NCBI GenBank assembly: GCA_041658075.1 | Contig: JBBAAW010000001.1 | Span: 24,778 to 88,777 of the forward strand | From: Patescibacteria group bacterium | GTDB taxonomy: Bacteria; Patescibacteriota; WWE3; UBA101185; UBA10185 | Length of the DNA stretch: 64,000 nt | Direction of reading: 5' to 3' | In this document: one piece after another, positions 20,717-31,848 of the stretch | How positions within the stretch are numbered: position 1 is the stretch's first letter | Layout: every line of letters begins with the position of its first letter | Notes under the pieces: generated by a model | Databases searched by the model: none | Told to the model about the DNA's origin: nothing | What the model saw: only the letters and a program-made list of their open reading frames with translations | Program-made: the position numbers and the translations under genes

Positions 20717-20759
20717 ACCACTCCGCAGACGCGACAAATTATTTTGTCCGCGGAGTGGC
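20717..20759 (-). terminator. GC-rich hairpin right after the stop of the 21502-20765 gene
   Basis: + strand CCACTCCGCAGAC...GTCCGCGGAGTGG; 13-bp stem with one G-U pair on the minus-strand RNA. Confidence 0.55.
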
Positions 20760-20764
20760 CCGTT

Positions 20765-21502
20765 TCAGCCCATGATCTCGGCGATCGATTGCCGAAGCTG
20801 CGAAAGGTATCGCACAGCTTGGGCACGCGTGCCAAAGGTTGGAGCAACTTCGAGCACGATTGACACCTGGGTCTTTGTCTGTGTTGCCAGCAGGCGCAGC
20901 ATGTCCTGTAACTCGCCTTTAGTTTGTCCTGCCAGCAAACTTGAGATCTCCGGCCCCACTGGGTGGACGTGGATCAGGGCGATTTGGTCTTTCCACTTTT
21001 CAAGTAGTCTCTTCCATTGGAACGGGGAGGGGTCCCCGTTTCTGTAGGGTCGGCGCGTGTGCCAGGTGTCCCAACACAAACTGGCAAGTCCGGTGGTAGG
21101 CAGTCCGCCCTCGGGATGCAGCTCATAGACCGATTGTCTCTCTCTGGAGTCGTGAGAGACGTGCAAGGCATTCTGGAAACATCGGCCGAAGATCTGCGGA
21201 TCCATGGGGTCCCTGCCGAATACTACCCAATCGATGGGCAGTGGGTGATCTTCTCCAGCCCGCCCTGTAACCCGTTGTACAACCTTCCAAAGGGAGCCGT
21301 AATTCCAAGCTCCTTCCCAAGCAATTACTCCTCTGTTAGGTAGCCGTCTTACGGAATCCATGCTCCATCCCCGCAAAGGGAGGAGCTGAAGTCCGTTGAA
21401 TCCGGCATCAACGGCCATCTGGTAGGCCCTGACCGGCCCACCCGATCCCAGACTCCATGGAACCAACGACGCGACGCTCACATCGAACCTCCTCGTACCC
21501 AT
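20765..21502 (-). CDS. Xylose-isomerase-like TIM barrel (AP endonuclease 2 fold) protein, divergent; GC-rich singleton
   Basis: AVDAGFNGLQL, CWDTWH, IHVH, VLEV; AAAGGAG SD (21511-21517) before ATG 21502; TGTTATAAT at 21559-21567. Confidence 0.6.
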   Translation of the reverse strand: MGTRRFDVSVASLVPWSLGSGGPVRAYQMAVDAGFNGLQLLPLRGWSMDSVRRLPNRGVIAWEGAWNYGSLWKVVQRVTGRAGEDHPLPIDWVVFGRDPMDPQIFGRCFQNALHVSHDSRERQSVYELHPEGGLPTTGLASLCWDTWHTRRPYRNGDPSPFQWKRLLEKWKDQIALIHVHPVGPEISSLLAGQTKGELQDMLRLLATQTKTQVSIVLEVAPTFGTRAQAVRYLSQLRQSIAEIMG

Positions 21503-21572
21503 GCTGTGCTCTCCTTTCATTCTTCCCACTAATTCCGCCGTGCGTGTTTGCTGATAATATTATAACAAATAT

Positions 21573-21992
21573 TCAGGTTATATGCGTTGTGAGTATAAAA
21601 GTAACTATTCCAACTTCTTGATTCGCAAACAGTTTAATACGATCGTTTGAAAATGACCACAACCATTTTATTCCCCAACCGGTTCCGATGCTATCTAAGA
21701 TAAAATGTGAACATACGCATGTAATAAACATTAAGGCCAATTTGTAGTCAGAAGCTAAAAGTATTAACAGGGAAAGAGATATATAGAGCAAGGAGTAGTG
21801 TGTAATTTCTCTGTGAAACCCGTGCTCTTTACCCCCAAGCCTTTTCCGTTGAAGTAATTCAATAAGGATATCCACATCGGGCAGATAGTTAAAGAAGATA
21901 ATAATCAGTAAAAACGGCAGAGTTAGTTTAAAGCCAAAAATAGAAGAAAATAGTGTGGAAAATATGAAGGCAACTCCGAGATGAGTGAACAC
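21573..21992 (-). CDS. Membrane metal-dependent hydrolase (YdjM-like), possibly C-terminally shortened
   Basis: TH..LPDVD..HREITHY..SHFILD..GIKWLW. Confidence 0.75.
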   Translation of the reverse strand: MFTHLGVAFIFSTLFSSIFGFKLTLPFLLIIIFFNYLPDVDILIELLQRKRLGGKEHGFHREITHYSLLYISLSLLILLASDYKLALMFITCVCSHFILDSIGTGWGIKWLWSFSNDRIKLFANQEVGIVTFILTTHIT

Positions 21993-22113
21993 ACTTAGGA
22001 TTATATCAATAATCAGCCGGTATAACGCACAGGCCTATAGAATTTTACTATTGGCGTGAGGTTTTATATAATAAGTACACAAGCTCGATTAACTCTTGCC
22101 GAGGAGGTGTATC

Positions 22114-22314
22114 GTGGAGATTGCGAGGCTTTCGTGGTCATATGTTATCGACTGTACTTTCGTGCTTTTCGCGGTCTGGTATTTGCGGAGGTTCTTTGTT
22201 GCGGTCTCTGAGAGCGAGGCCGGAATTTATTGGAACGGACCGGCAGTGGTTGGGATTGTGGGCACGATGATGTGGATTCCAATTATCTGCACAATCATCG
22301 ACTGGTTCTTATGA
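22114..22314 (+). CDS. 66-aa two-TM membrane protein; singleton cassette
   Basis: AGGAGGT at 22102-22108 before GTG 22114; TATAAT at 22067; two hydrophobic segments. Confidence 0.65.
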   Translation: MEIARLSWSYVIDCTFVLFAVWYLRRFFVAVSESEAGIYWNGPAVVGIVGTMMWIPIICTIIDWFL

Positions 22315-22354
22315 GCCCCTGCTCCGAGATGTCGAAAAGGCGTCAGACAAGACT

Positions 22355-22408
22355 GAAGGGTGCAACCGAAGCTGGCTCAGCGGCCAACTATCGAATGTAC
22401 CCTTCTTT
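22355..22408 (+). terminator. Long imperfect hairpin between convergent genes
   Basis: GAAGGGTGCA/TGTACCCTTC outer stem, TGGC/GCCA inner stem, followed by TTT. Confidence 0.55.
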
Positions 22409-23418
22409 CAACCGCCTATATAATTTCCGGATTTTGCGTCGACCCCGCGGAGTTGAAGTTTTGGTTTTATTAATAACCCGTGGATAAAATTTAGTCCATA
22501 TACTACGTGCGTCAAAAAGATTCCCAAGCCTGTGTAAAGTGCTAGCTTTAAATGTCGCTCGACCATAAAAACTTTAAATATTTCTAAAGTCAACAAAGCT
22601 AAGTATGCTGTGACGCAAACTCCGTAAAAATACCAAAGCAATGGAATGACGACGCAGATAAAAGGTCCGAGAAATAAACCTAATACAAAGGCTGACGGAG
22701 CAAAGTAAGAAGGGAGTCGCGAAGTTTCCGGAAAGATCCTTGCAAACTGTCCACGATGTCTTCCGTAACGGGAAATTTGTTTTAGATGCGGTATAAAAAC
22801 ATTTCGACGATGGTGATAGACCACGGGTTTGGGGCTGTACAAAAAGGGTCTGCCGTAGGTTTTTACAAGATCTAGGCAAAGTTTGGTGTCTTCCCCGGGC
22901 CAAAAGTCTGCTAGGAACCCTCCAACCTTTTCAAATGCTTCCTTTCTAACAAAGAGATTGACTGATGGGTAGTCGACTATCTGTTTTCCCCGTAACGGCA
23001 CGTGTCTATATTTGGTCCCTGCACTCGTCAGCCATGATTCTAGAATCTTTCCCGAACACTTTTCTAGAAGTTTGGCATCTGGTGGCGTTATAGCAGGACC
23101 GCCTAAAGCGTAAACCTGGGGATCGCTAAATATAGTTGCCGCCTCGTTCAGCCAGTTTGGGGTTGGGTAAGCATCGTCGTCCAGAAAAACCAGCACGTCT
23201 CCGCTTGCCATGCATGCGCTAAAGTTTCTTTTTTCTCCTGGTGCCGTCTTTCCCGGGCAGATGAGTGAAAAGCGACTGTCATTGAACTCGTACTGCTCCT
23301 TAGAATCTGTAGTAATAAGAACCTCAAAGTTCTGGTAGTTAAGTTTCTTTAGGTTGGTAATACTTTCTAGCAGAAAGTTGTTAATAGCTCTAATAGTGAT
23401 AATTATGGAAAACTTCAT
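22408..23418 (-). CDS. Glycosyltransferase family 2
   Basis: FSIII, FLDDD, VGGF, GEDTKL. Confidence 0.9.
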   Translation of the reverse strand: MKFSIIITIRAINNFLLESITNLKKLNYQNFEVLITTDSKEQYEFNDSRFSLICPGKTAPGEKRNFSACMASGDVLVFLDDDAYPTPNWLNEAATIFSDPQVYALGGPAITPPDAKLLEKCSGKILESWLTSAGTKYRHVPLRGKQIVDYPSVNLFVRKEAFEKVGGFLADFWPGEDTKLCLDLVKTYGRPFLYSPKPVVYHHRRNVFIPHLKQISRYGRHRGQFARIFPETSRLPSYFAPSAFVLGLFLGPFICVVIPLLWYFYGVCVTAYLALLTLEIFKVFMVERHLKLALYTGLGIFLTHVVYGLNFIHGLLIKPKLQLRGVDAKSGNYIGG

Positions 23419-24371
23419 ATTTTGCTCTTAAAATACTCTACGGTCTTTTTGAGTCCTTCGTTAAGTTTTATCTTTGGTTCCCAATTCAACACTTTTTTGG
23501 CCAAAGAAATATCAGGTTTGCGTTGTTTGGGATCGTCGGCCGGTAAATCATTATAAATTATTTTCGATTTGGAATCCGTTAGAGCAATCACTTTTTCTGC
23601 TAACTCTTTTATGGTGAATTCGCCCGGATTTCCAATATTTATTGGCCCTGTATGACTTGGGTTGTTCATCATTTTGTATATGGCGGAGATTAAATCGTTC
23701 ACATAACAAAACGATCTGGTTTGCGAGCCGTCGCCGTAAATTGTGATAGGTTTGTTTTTTAGCGCCTGTATAATAAAATTAGATACCACGCGGCCATCAT
23801 TTACGGCCATTCTTGGTCCATAAGTGTTAAATATTCTTACAACACGTATTTCCACATTGTGCTGGCGATGGTAATCAAAAAATAAGGTTTCTGCTACGCG
23901 CTTTCCTTCGTCATAGCACGCCCGCGGACCAATGGTGTTTACATTTCCTCTGTACGACTCCGGTTGGGGATGCACATCCGGATCGCCGTAAACTTCTGAT
24001 GTTGACGCCTGCAGAATGCGCGCTTTGTGTTTTTTAGCCAGTCCAAGCATGTTTATTACACCTATCGTGTTGGCCTTAATAGTCCTTATAGAATTATATT
24101 GGTAATGCACGGGCGATGCGGGACAAGCCAAGTTGTAAATTTGATCGACCGTGATGTTATCCAAAAACAGTGGCTCAATAATGTCATGATTTATAAAAGT
24201 AAAATTGGGATTTTGAGTTAGGTGGTGAATGTTTTGCTTACTACCGGTAAAAAGGTTATCAATGCAGATAACTTTTTCGCCTTTTTCTAAAAGGTATTCG
24301 CACAGGAAACTGCCTAAAAAGCCTGCTCCACCTGTAACTACAATGTTTTTACGATCAATTTTCTTTTCCAT
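23415..24371 (-). CDS. uxs: UDP-glucuronic acid decarboxylase (UDP-xylose synthase)
   Basis: [47 protein letters not shown]. Confidence 0.92.
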   Translation of the reverse strand: MEKKIDRKNIVVTGGAGFLGSFLCEYLLEKGEKVICIDNLFTGSKQNIHHLTQNPNFTFINHDIIEPLFLDNITVDQIYNLACPASPVHYQYNSIRTIKANTIGVINMLGLAKKHKARILQASTSEVYGDPDVHPQPESYRGNVNTIGPRACYDEGKRVAETLFFDYHRQHNVEIRVVRIFNTYGPRMAVNDGRVVSNFIIQALKNKPITIYGDGSQTRSFCYVNDLISAIYKMMNNPSHTGPINIGNPGEFTIKELAEKVIALTDSKSKIIYNDLPADDPKQRKPDISLAKKVLNWEPKIKLNEGLKKTVEYFKSKI

Positions 24372-24398
24372 AGCGTTATTTTAAGCACCCATCCGTAC

Positions 24399-25202
24399 CT
24401 ATCCAAGCTCTCCGGTGTTTATGCGCATTTCTAGGTCTTTGTCGTAAACCCACTTGCGTTTGCTATCGTCGCTATAAAAATTAAGAATCCTTAACCGATA
24501 AAAGATGGCTAGGGTGTCTAGGATCATAGCTTGGATGTGTTTGTCAAAAATTATTAACGTAGAAAACGAAGTGTTATCAAAGCCCAGCCTTACTTTTACG
24601 GGCGCTTCGTAGATACGGTTAAAGCCAAGATTTTTTGCTACCGCCAGTATTTCTATATCAAAGGCAAACTGCTTAACCAGCAAGCGTGGTAAGACTTTTT
24701 CTAACACTTGGCGTTTGTAAACCTTTAAACCCGTTTGAGTGTCTTTTAAATTGAGTCCAAAAAGAATTTTTACCATCATATAATAAACAAAACTATATAC
24801 TTTACGCATTAAAGGATACTTGTTGACTTGGGAAACTGGGTGTTTTTTGCTGGCCACTACGATATCCGCGTTATACCATTCCATGTGTTCTAAAAGCATG
24901 GAGATTCCATTGGGGTCAATGTCCATTCCCGCGTCGATAAAGGAAATATAGTCACCGGTGGCGCGAGCCATTCCGTAGCGAACCGCGTAACCCTTGCCTT
25001 TATTAATATCGTATTTATAAACCTGCAAATTTGGTCGTTTGACTTTTTTAGCCTCTTTATAGGAGTCGTCGGGCGAGCCGTCTACAACGGCAACTACTTC
25101 ATATTCCCAACGGGTTTTGCTCATGGTGTCGCAAATATTTTCTAGGTCGACTTCAATTGTTTTTTCTTGTTTATAAACTGGAATGATTATCGACACCTTC
25201 AT
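24399..25202 (-). CDS. GT2, polyprenol-phosphate sugar synthase-like
   Basis: NKGKGYAVRYG, DTQTGLK, FAFDIEIL. Confidence 0.85.
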   Translation of the reverse strand: MKVSIIIPVYKQEKTIEVDLENICDTMSKTRWEYEVVAVVDGSPDDSYKEAKKVKRPNLQVYKYDINKGKGYAVRYGMARATGDYISFIDAGMDIDPNGISMLLEHMEWYNADIVVASKKHPVSQVNKYPLMRKVYSFVYYMMVKILFGLNLKDTQTGLKVYKRQVLEKVLPRLLVKQFAFDIEILAVAKNLGFNRIYEAPVKVRLGFDNTSFSTLIIFDKHIQAMILDTLAIFYRLRILNFYSDDSKRKWVYDKDLEMRINTGELG

Positions 25203-26487
25203 GCAGAGATTTTACAACATAAATAGTTATAAATAAACAGGCGATTCCGGTCGACAATATATTTGCTTTAATGATGCTGTAGATGTTGTTATGAAGGAAG
25301 CTAATAAGTATGTATTGAAGGACACAGGCTGGGATTATAAATAGAAAGGCTTTGGTTTTATTTATTGCCAAAAGAAACATGGACAGAAAGGTGATCAAGA
25401 TATAGAAGGCGACAAAGACGGCAAAAAGTGGCAGATAAGTAACGGATTCGGTAAATTTCCCTCTAAACATTATGGAGTTGATCGCTTGGGGGAATATGGC
25501 GTAGCATAAAATTCCTCCAACAATCAGCAGTAGCTGAAGCGATAGGAATTTTAGAAAGCGACCTTTAAAGTTGCCACTTGATGCATAAAGATGGGAAATT
25601 TGTGGAAACATAACTACCTGAACAATACTGGCGCCAAACAAAAAAACCTTACTCATGGTAACTACGCCGGCGTAAATTCCCGCGTCGTATGGGGTAAAAA
25701 AATGTTTGACCATTACAACATCAGTGTTGTTTAAAAGGGTTATTCCGGAGTTTATAAAAAATACCGGTACGCTAAAGAGTAGAAGCCCCCTGTAAAGATG
25801 AGTAAGTTTTTTGTCGACAAGATTTTGAGGTGGATTTAAACCCACCCTAAAATTCTTCTTAAGAAGCAGGATCGACACAAAGAAGCTTAGAATCCCAACC
25901 ACTGTTAAACCGGCATATGCCCCCGCAACGGCAAAACCAGCGTAAACCAAGCCAAGCGGGATTACAAGTCGTAAAAATTGTGAAACTAAAGAAAGAAAAG
26001 CAAACGCCTTAAATCTTAGTAAGCCCTGCAGGTAAGAAAATGTGGCGACATTTAGAAAAGAAAATGCCAGAAAGATTGCAAAAACATAAATTACAGAAGT
26101 GCGATCAATGTTTAAGTAGGTAGAGACTTGATTGTTTAACAGGATAAAAATTAACGATATAGCCATTCCAAACGCCAAAGAAAGATTTGTGAAGTTCCAA
26201 AAGAACTTCCTTAGAGTGTAAAAGTTCTTTTGAGCGAGAAGTTTAGTAACTTCTCTAATGAGGGAGGTAGCTATGGCTCCGGCGGGAATGCCAAAGATAA
26301 TGGAAAGTGAGAGAAAAGCGTTAAAAGTTCCAAAGTCTTCAATGGAAAGCAAATGTCCTAAGCCAATTTGTAGAAGATAGCTAAAAATACTGCCTAAAAA
26401 AACTCCTATGGTAACAATAAAAGTTCCGCTTAAAACAGGATTATCTGCTATGAATTTTAGTTTAGAGATCATATCTTTGATAAACAT
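25171..26487 (-). CDS. Wzx-type oligosaccharide flippase
   Basis: About 12 TM; NTDVVMVKHFF..AGIYAG; start probably 26487 or 26472. Confidence 0.85.
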   Translation of the reverse strand: MFIKDMISKLKFIADNPVLSGTFIVTIGVFLGSIFSYLLQIGLGHLLSIEDFGTFNAFLSLSIIFGIPAGAIATSLIREVTKLLAQKNFYTLRKFFWNFTNLSLAFGMAISLIFILLNNQVSTYLNIDRTSVIYVFAIFLAFSFLNVATFSYLQGLLRFKAFAFLSLVSQFLRLVIPLGLVYAGFAVAGAYAGLTVVGILSFFVSILLLKKNFRVGLNPPQNLVDKKLTHLYRGLLLFSVPVFFINSGITLLNNTDVVMVKHFFTPYDAGIYAGVVTMSKVFLFGASIVQVVMFPQISHLYASSGNFKGRFLKFLSLQLLLIVGGILCYAIFPQAINSIMFRGKFTESVTYLPLFAVFVAFYILITFLSMFLLAINKTKAFLFIIPACVLQYILISFLHNNIYSIIKANILSTGIACLFITIYVVKSLHEGVDNHSSL

Positions 26488-28168
26488 TGTACAGTTTAAC
26501 GCTACGTAGGTAGATCGAATCGAGGTAGATAAGTTTAAAACGCTTTTCTTGGTTGGAGTAATCGTCCCAAACAGGGTAGACAAAGTATGTGGTTCTTCTG
26601 GCGTTGGGAGTTAAGTCCTCGATTGTTGCCCATCCGCCAATTTTTCTAATAAACGGCCAAATTTGCGTGTAGTATTTTTCCGGAAAAGCCACGGTTAATT
26701 TGTGCGACAACTCTTTCTGATTGTCAAAAGACTGTCCTTGGGTAAAAGGTCCGAGCTTGTTTGTTTTCATTAAGTCAACAAAATAGTGGGCGATTTGATG
26801 CTGACCAATAATCCATTTTGGTTCCAGCGTATAAATTCCCTTGGAAAGTCCGCCAAACATGGGGTTGTAGTAGGAAAAATAATCTGGAGTTAAAGAAAGA
26901 CTCTGTTGGGCGATAAAAAAGATAAACAGCGAGAAAGCAAGGATCGAGATATATGTTTGCGCATGTTTAAGAGTATCTCTCTTAAAAATTTTGTGAGCGA
27001 CTTGCGGGATGACGATAAAGATCAGCCATGTATAGAAAAATCCCGCCATCAAACTTATAGATGCAAGAGATGGGAGGATATAGCGGTCCAGTTTTTTGGT
27101 AGGGATACTAATTTCGATCAGGTATCCAATCGTAAAAATAATCCCAAGAAGTACAAATCTTTTTGTTTTCTCTGCATCAAAGTGCTGGGTGATTTTCTTA
27201 AAGAAAAAAGCAAAAAACAAGATTCCCGTAACGAGAAATAGTGAGAATTTATATGCTATAACTACAAAATAATAAAAGGGCCCAGGGTTTTCTGTATATT
27301 TTCCTAAGAAAATTTGTCCGTGACCGCCTTCTACGCCAACCTCTTTAACCCCTTTGATAAAAACATAATCTAAAGTTCCAACTGGGTTTACCCACATAGA
27401 CGGCCATAAAATAAAATATGTGGCCATTATTCCAAGGATCCATAAGGCCGATAATTTAACCGTGTTCTTTATATTTTTCCTTTGGTACAAAAAGATCGAC
27501 AGGACGGAAAAAGGAATTATAAAAATGGCAGAGGATTTAGTAAGAATGGCTAGACCTGCAAATATGGCCGAAATAACAAGTCGTCTGGTTTTTTTGTCAT
27601 TTGCATAATTTTCCAAAAAATAATACAGCCACACAAAACTTGCGAGCATAAAAGAGGTCATCAAAGCCTCCAAATGAATAACGCGAGTTAAGGCATAAAA
27701 GAAGGGCTCAAATGACACGAGCCATAAAGATACAAAGGCATATTTTTCCCCAAAGAGTTTTTTTAGGGGATAAAAAACTAAAGTGAGAGTAAAACCTGTC
27801 GTTATGACAACTAAAAGCTTTTGGAAAAAATGAAGAGTAAAAACTACTCCTACCGGATCGACAGCTTCGTTAGGGCAAGTAATTACAGCGCAATAAAGTC
27901 CCTGTAATTTTACCCCCGCCGTTCCTACCCACATTAGCGTTACACCTGGATGATACTTTTGTAATGTCTTGTCAAAGTCTAAATTAAAAATTCCGCTCCC
28001 AAAGTCGTAAATTCTAGCTTTCCACTTCCACACATCCGTGTTAAACATTTCCGTGCCAAGGTACGGGGCGCGGGAAAGGCAAAAAACTATAAAAAACAAA
28101 ATCTCGTAGCGGTATCTTTTCGTCAACTCTAAGAATCTTATATGGAGTTTCACGGGGTTATTGAACAT
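26462..28168 (-). CDS. GT-C membrane glycosyltransferase (ArnT/PMT-like)
   Basis: NTD..W, YHPGVTLMW, LTKSSA, KKLDRYILP. Confidence 0.8.
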   Translation of the reverse strand: MFNNPVKLHIRFLELTKRYRYEILFFIVFCLSRAPYLGTEMFNTDVWKWKARIYDFGSGIFNLDFDKTLQKYHPGVTLMWVGTAGVKLQGLYCAVITCPNEAVDPVGVVFTLHFFQKLLVVITTGFTLTLVFYPLKKLFGEKYAFVSLWLVSFEPFFYALTRVIHLEALMTSFMLASFVWLYYFLENYANDKKTRRLVISAIFAGLAILTKSSAIFIIPFSVLSIFLYQRKNIKNTVKLSALWILGIMATYFILWPSMWVNPVGTLDYVFIKGVKEVGVEGGHGQIFLGKYTENPGPFYYFVVIAYKFSLFLVTGILFFAFFFKKITQHFDAEKTKRFVLLGIIFTIGYLIEISIPTKKLDRYILPSLASISLMAGFFYTWLIFIVIPQVAHKIFKRDTLKHAQTYISILAFSLFIFFIAQQSLSLTPDYFSYYNPMFGGLSKGIYTLEPKWIIGQHQIAHYFVDLMKTNKLGPFTQGQSFDNQKELSHKLTVAFPEKYYTQIWPFIRKIGGWATIEDLTPNARRTTYFVYPVWDDYSNQEKRFKLIYLDSIYLRSVKLYNVYQRYDL

Positions 28169-28171
28169 AGT

Positions 28172-29359
28172 TCAAAACATTTTAACATTTTTCTCAATGT
28201 AGCCACCATAAATTGTACTGGACCGTTTGTTTTCAAGGTCGACAATATTAGAAATAGATAGAATTAAAGAGGGCAAGAGTATAATGCTAGTAAGAATAAC
28301 TTTGTAATATGTTCTTTTAAACTTGTCGACAATTAAAGAAAGCGCCCAGCCCAATACCAAAAAGAAATAAGGGTAAATGATTATGTAGTAGTGCGAGCGG
28401 TTTTTTTCCAACCCCGATACATAAAAAGTCAAAGCTAGAAATATTGCTGTTGTGAGCAGAATGATGATGTAGACGCGTTTTTGTTTTTGTTTGACTAGTT
28501 TAACACCAAGGATAACGAGTCCTGTTAGTAAAATTGCCCATGCACCGTAACCTAAGTCGTGGGGTAATTTTGTTGACATGGCAGATAAAAATTGCCCGAT
28601 TTGATTTACAAGCGATACTTTTCCCACATTGGTAAATTGCCAAAGCGCACCCTGCGGTCCGTCTGTTCTAATAAAAGTTTTGTAATCAAACAGGGCGTAG
28701 GGAGTGCCGATGAGAAAACCAATGATAGTAAAAATTGTAAGCTTAACAACATCGCCCACTCTTTTTACTAGAGGTTTGGATTGATGCAGTAAGTAATAAA
28801 GGGCAATAAAAAGTCCGCCCAAAATGCCGTTGTATTTGGTTGACGCGGAAAAACCCAAAAAAAGTCCGGACAAAATTGGTGAGACGGTAGAGAAAAAAAG
28901 CGACCATGAAAGGAAAAATAACATAGGGACATCAACGAGCGCGTAGTGGGATTGTCGAACATGCAAAGGTGCCAGAGATAAAAAGACCGATGCGAATAAA
29001 CCCGCATTTTTATTAACAAGTCTTTTTATCCAAAGATAGATTGGAATTATCGTTAAGGCCCCCAATGTGGCGGAGAAAATGCGCGAAATTAAATAAAAAA
29101 TTAAGTTGTCGTTGTAAATAATGGGGGCAACCTGTGCTACTGAGAGATGAAACCCCAACGATGTAATTAGATCGCGCATTTTGGCAAAAACCATATATAC
29201 AAAATAATTAAGGTAAAAGTATAAATGAGGCCAGTCAAAGTGATGGGGATTGGAATCAAACCTTATACCCAGCGCGGATCTTACAACCGCAGGCTCGTCG
29301 GGGTGGTAGATATATGGAAAACCGTGATCGATGGCAATCAGGCGTACGATTAGTGCCAT
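28172..29359 (-). CDS. GT-C membrane glycosyltransferase
   Basis: HPDE, FDWP, SHYALVD, STKY. Confidence 0.8.
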   Translation of the reverse strand: MALIVRLIAIDHGFPYIYHPDEPAVVRSALGIRFDSNPHHFDWPHLYFYLNYFVYMVFAKMRDLITSLGFHLSVAQVAPIIYNDNLIFYLISRIFSATLGALTIIPIYLWIKRLVNKNAGLFASVFLSLAPLHVRQSHYALVDVPMLFFLSWSLFFSTVSPILSGLFLGFSASTKYNGILGGLFIALYYLLHQSKPLVKRVGDVVKLTIFTIIGFLIGTPYALFDYKTFIRTDGPQGALWQFTNVGKVSLVNQIGQFLSAMSTKLPHDLGYGAWAILLTGLVILGVKLVKQKQKRVYIIILLTTAIFLALTFYVSGLEKNRSHYYIIIYPYFFLVLGWALSLIVDKFKRTYYKVILTSIILLPSLILSISNIVDLENKRSSTIYGGYIEKNVKMF

Positions 29360-29432
29360 TAGAAAAATTATGATGATGGACTTAACCGCAACGGGTGGGA
29401 TTGCCGTGACGATGTCTTTCGGAATGACAATT

Positions 29433-30992
29433 TTAAAGTTTTTTATAGATCCTCCAAAATTCTAGTCCATTGATATACATTCCGTCATCCTGGACAAATT
29501 TAAACTTACCCTCCAAAACGTTTTGTGACATCTCCTCATTCGGTCCTAAGATAATCAGATCGTACTTGGAAGTTCCGATTTCCCTAATGTCAAACAATTT
29601 TGAATTTGGATAAATCATGGACATAGGTTTCTTATCTATAAAACCCAGCCCAACATCATTACCGTATTTTTTTACTAGTCGACTTTTTAATTCTGAAACT
29701 CCAATCCCAAAAGGTTTTTGTCCAATGAGTTTGTTGGCGTTTTCTGCCGAGCCAAAAAGCGGATTAGTATAAGTAAAGTAATAAGGGTAAAGCTTGATTA
29801 ACGGGTACAAGGCGCCGATTCCCGTAACGAGAACCAGCGATAAATACAGTGCGCCTTTATAATATCGGTCCTTTAGCTCTGTAAATGTTTGGGTAATTAC
29901 AATCGCCGATACTATTCCCAGCAGAGGAAAAAGCGGAACCATGTAGCGGTCGATCTTTTTTGATGCTGCCGTCATTCCTAAAAAATAGGCTAGATAAAAC
30001 ATTGTAAGGTAAAGCAAAAACACCTTGTCCACCCTCTGGTATCTGTGATAGTCTCTAACTATTTGAAAAATAAAGAACCCGATCCCCAACCAAATGAGTG
30101 GGGAGGTTTTTAACGCTAAAACTAAAGGATAGAAGCTCAGACCTGCTGTATCCGTTGTATCTCCCATAACAACCTGCTCGTGCCCGCGCCGTGTTCCTAT
30201 TCGTAGGCCCTCATTATAAATGTCGCTCAAAACAAATTTGGGATTGACCCATAAAGCCGGGAAGAGAATAAATATTGTGGCAATGGAGGAGAGTAACAAC
30301 GCGCTCAGATACACCATCGGCCATTTTCTATCTAAGCGGTTTCTTAATGTCGCTACGACTAAAAAAGCCAATATAAATCCCAGCGATAATAGACCCACGC
30401 TCTTAGTGAGAAACGCCAAGCCTGCAGAAACCCCGCAAAAAATCACGTTGGTGAGTGACCAACGCATATAACATTTATATCCATAAGTTAAAGATAAGAT
30501 AACGAAGAGGGTGAGCAGTACATCCATGTGTAAGATTCGCGAGTTTCCTAAGAAAAAGGGTTCAAAGGTAAAAATTGATACGGCTAAGAGTGATTTTTTA
30601 AGTCCTAAAACTTCTTTTAGTGCCAAGATTAGAACTATCGAAAGAGCCAACTGCGTTAACACAAGTGAATACTTAGCGATCTGATGAAGTTGTAAAAAAT
30701 TATCTTGATTATAGACTCTAATTCCAGGATCGATTTGTCTGGCAATTTCTATGGGGATTCCCATTATCCACATCAAAGTTACTCCTGGGTGATAGTGCTG
30801 ATAGGTTTTTAGAAAATTGCCACTTTTTAACCCTACAATAAACTGCTCAGATCTAAAATGCCAATTTACCGCATCGGGATTTATTTCGTCATAACCTAAG
30901 AAAGGGATTCTCGTTATGAGAAAAGCCAAAGAAAACGTTATTACAGCCAGAATTTTTTTAGTCTTTATTGAAAGCATATAAAACGCCGCCAA
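29433..30992 (-). CDS. GT-C membrane glycosyltransferase, paralog of 26462-28168
   Basis: NPDAVNW, YHPGVTLMW, LTKS, KKIDRYMVP. Confidence 0.8.
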   Translation of the reverse strand: MAAFYMLSIKTKKILAVITFSLAFLITRIPFLGYDEINPDAVNWHFRSEQFIVGLKSGNFLKTYQHYHPGVTLMWIMGIPIEIARQIDPGIRVYNQDNFLQLHQIAKYSLVLTQLALSIVLILALKEVLGLKKSLLAVSIFTFEPFFLGNSRILHMDVLLTLFVILSLTYGYKCYMRWSLTNVIFCGVSAGLAFLTKSVGLLSLGFILAFLVVATLRNRLDRKWPMVYLSALLLSSIATIFILFPALWVNPKFVLSDIYNEGLRIGTRRGHEQVVMGDTTDTAGLSFYPLVLALKTSPLIWLGIGFFIFQIVRDYHRYQRVDKVFLLYLTMFYLAYFLGMTAASKKIDRYMVPLFPLLGIVSAIVITQTFTELKDRYYKGALYLSLVLVTGIGALYPLIKLYPYYFTYTNPLFGSAENANKLIGQKPFGIGVSELKSRLVKKYGNDVGLGFIDKKPMSMIYPNSKLFDIREIGTSKYDLIILGPNEEMSQNVLEGKFKFVQDDGMYINGLEFWRIYKKL

Positions 30993-31848
30993 CTAGGCTT
31001 ACTCCAAGTCGCAAAAGATGAAACAAAACCGAGGCACTTAACGCAATATCAGCAGTAAGTCCCGGAATGGGTTGAGCAATAAGTTGAATATACAAAGCGT
31101 CTTGTACGCCAATTCCGTTTATGGAAGGAATAAAGAAACTGGCTAATATAATTAATGGGAAAATAAACAGAGCATAAAATGGAGAAAAATGTGCGCCAAC
31201 CGAAGCGAAGACAAAGTACTGAGCAAAAATTGAGCAAAGTTGAACGATAAAGGAGGTTAGAAAGGCAATAAACAGGACTTTGGGTGACTTTCTGTAAGCA
31301 GAAATTGAGTCGTAAATTTTTTGAAGTTTCTTTATTTTTTTTGATGCAAAACCTAAGCAAATGTAACCAATGGGGATGCCTGCAAGTACAGCCAAGAAGA
31401 TCAATACCCCCCACAGTCCCAACAGTTTAATAAGTGCTGCCGACGATATGCAGACAAGCGCCGCCACTCCAGTAAAGCGTTCCATAAATGTAGCGGTAAA
31501 AGCGTCTGTAGTGCTTCCAAGCTTCTTTCCCAGTTTTACAACCTTGTACACATCTCCACCTACGCTGGTGGGCATAAAATTGTTGAAGAACGAGCCTATA
31601 AAGTAAAGTGACGTAAGATACTTTACGCTTACGTGACTAGTGTCAGAATGAATTAAAAGTTTTTTCCACCGCACGGAACTTACAAAATAGTTAAGTACAA
31701 TTAGTCCCACAATAAGTGGGATAAACCACGGATTCATCATGGAAATATTTTGGATCAGCTGTTTTTTGTCGACCTTAAAAAGAATTACCGCCAATAATAT
31801 GATCGACACCGCGATTTTTAGAACGGTCTTTTTAGATATTTTTGCCAT
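30958..31848 (-). CDS. LPG-synthase TM / UPF0104 flippase-like protein
   Basis: RWK..FFNNFMPTSVGGD..ERF..PSINGIGVQD. Confidence 0.85.
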   Translation of the reverse strand: MAKISKKTVLKIAVSIILLAVILFKVDKKQLIQNISMMNPWFIPLIVGLIVLNYFVSSVRWKKLLIHSDTSHVSVKYLTSLYFIGSFFNNFMPTSVGGDVYKVVKLGKKLGSTTDAFTATFMERFTGVAALVCISSAALIKLLGLWGVLIFLAVLAGIPIGYICLGFASKKIKKLQKIYDSISAYRKSPKVLFIAFLTSFIVQLCSIFAQYFVFASVGAHFSPFYALFIFPLIILASFFIPSINGIGVQDALYIQLIAQPIPGLTADIALSASVLFHLLRLGVSLVGGVLYAFNKD

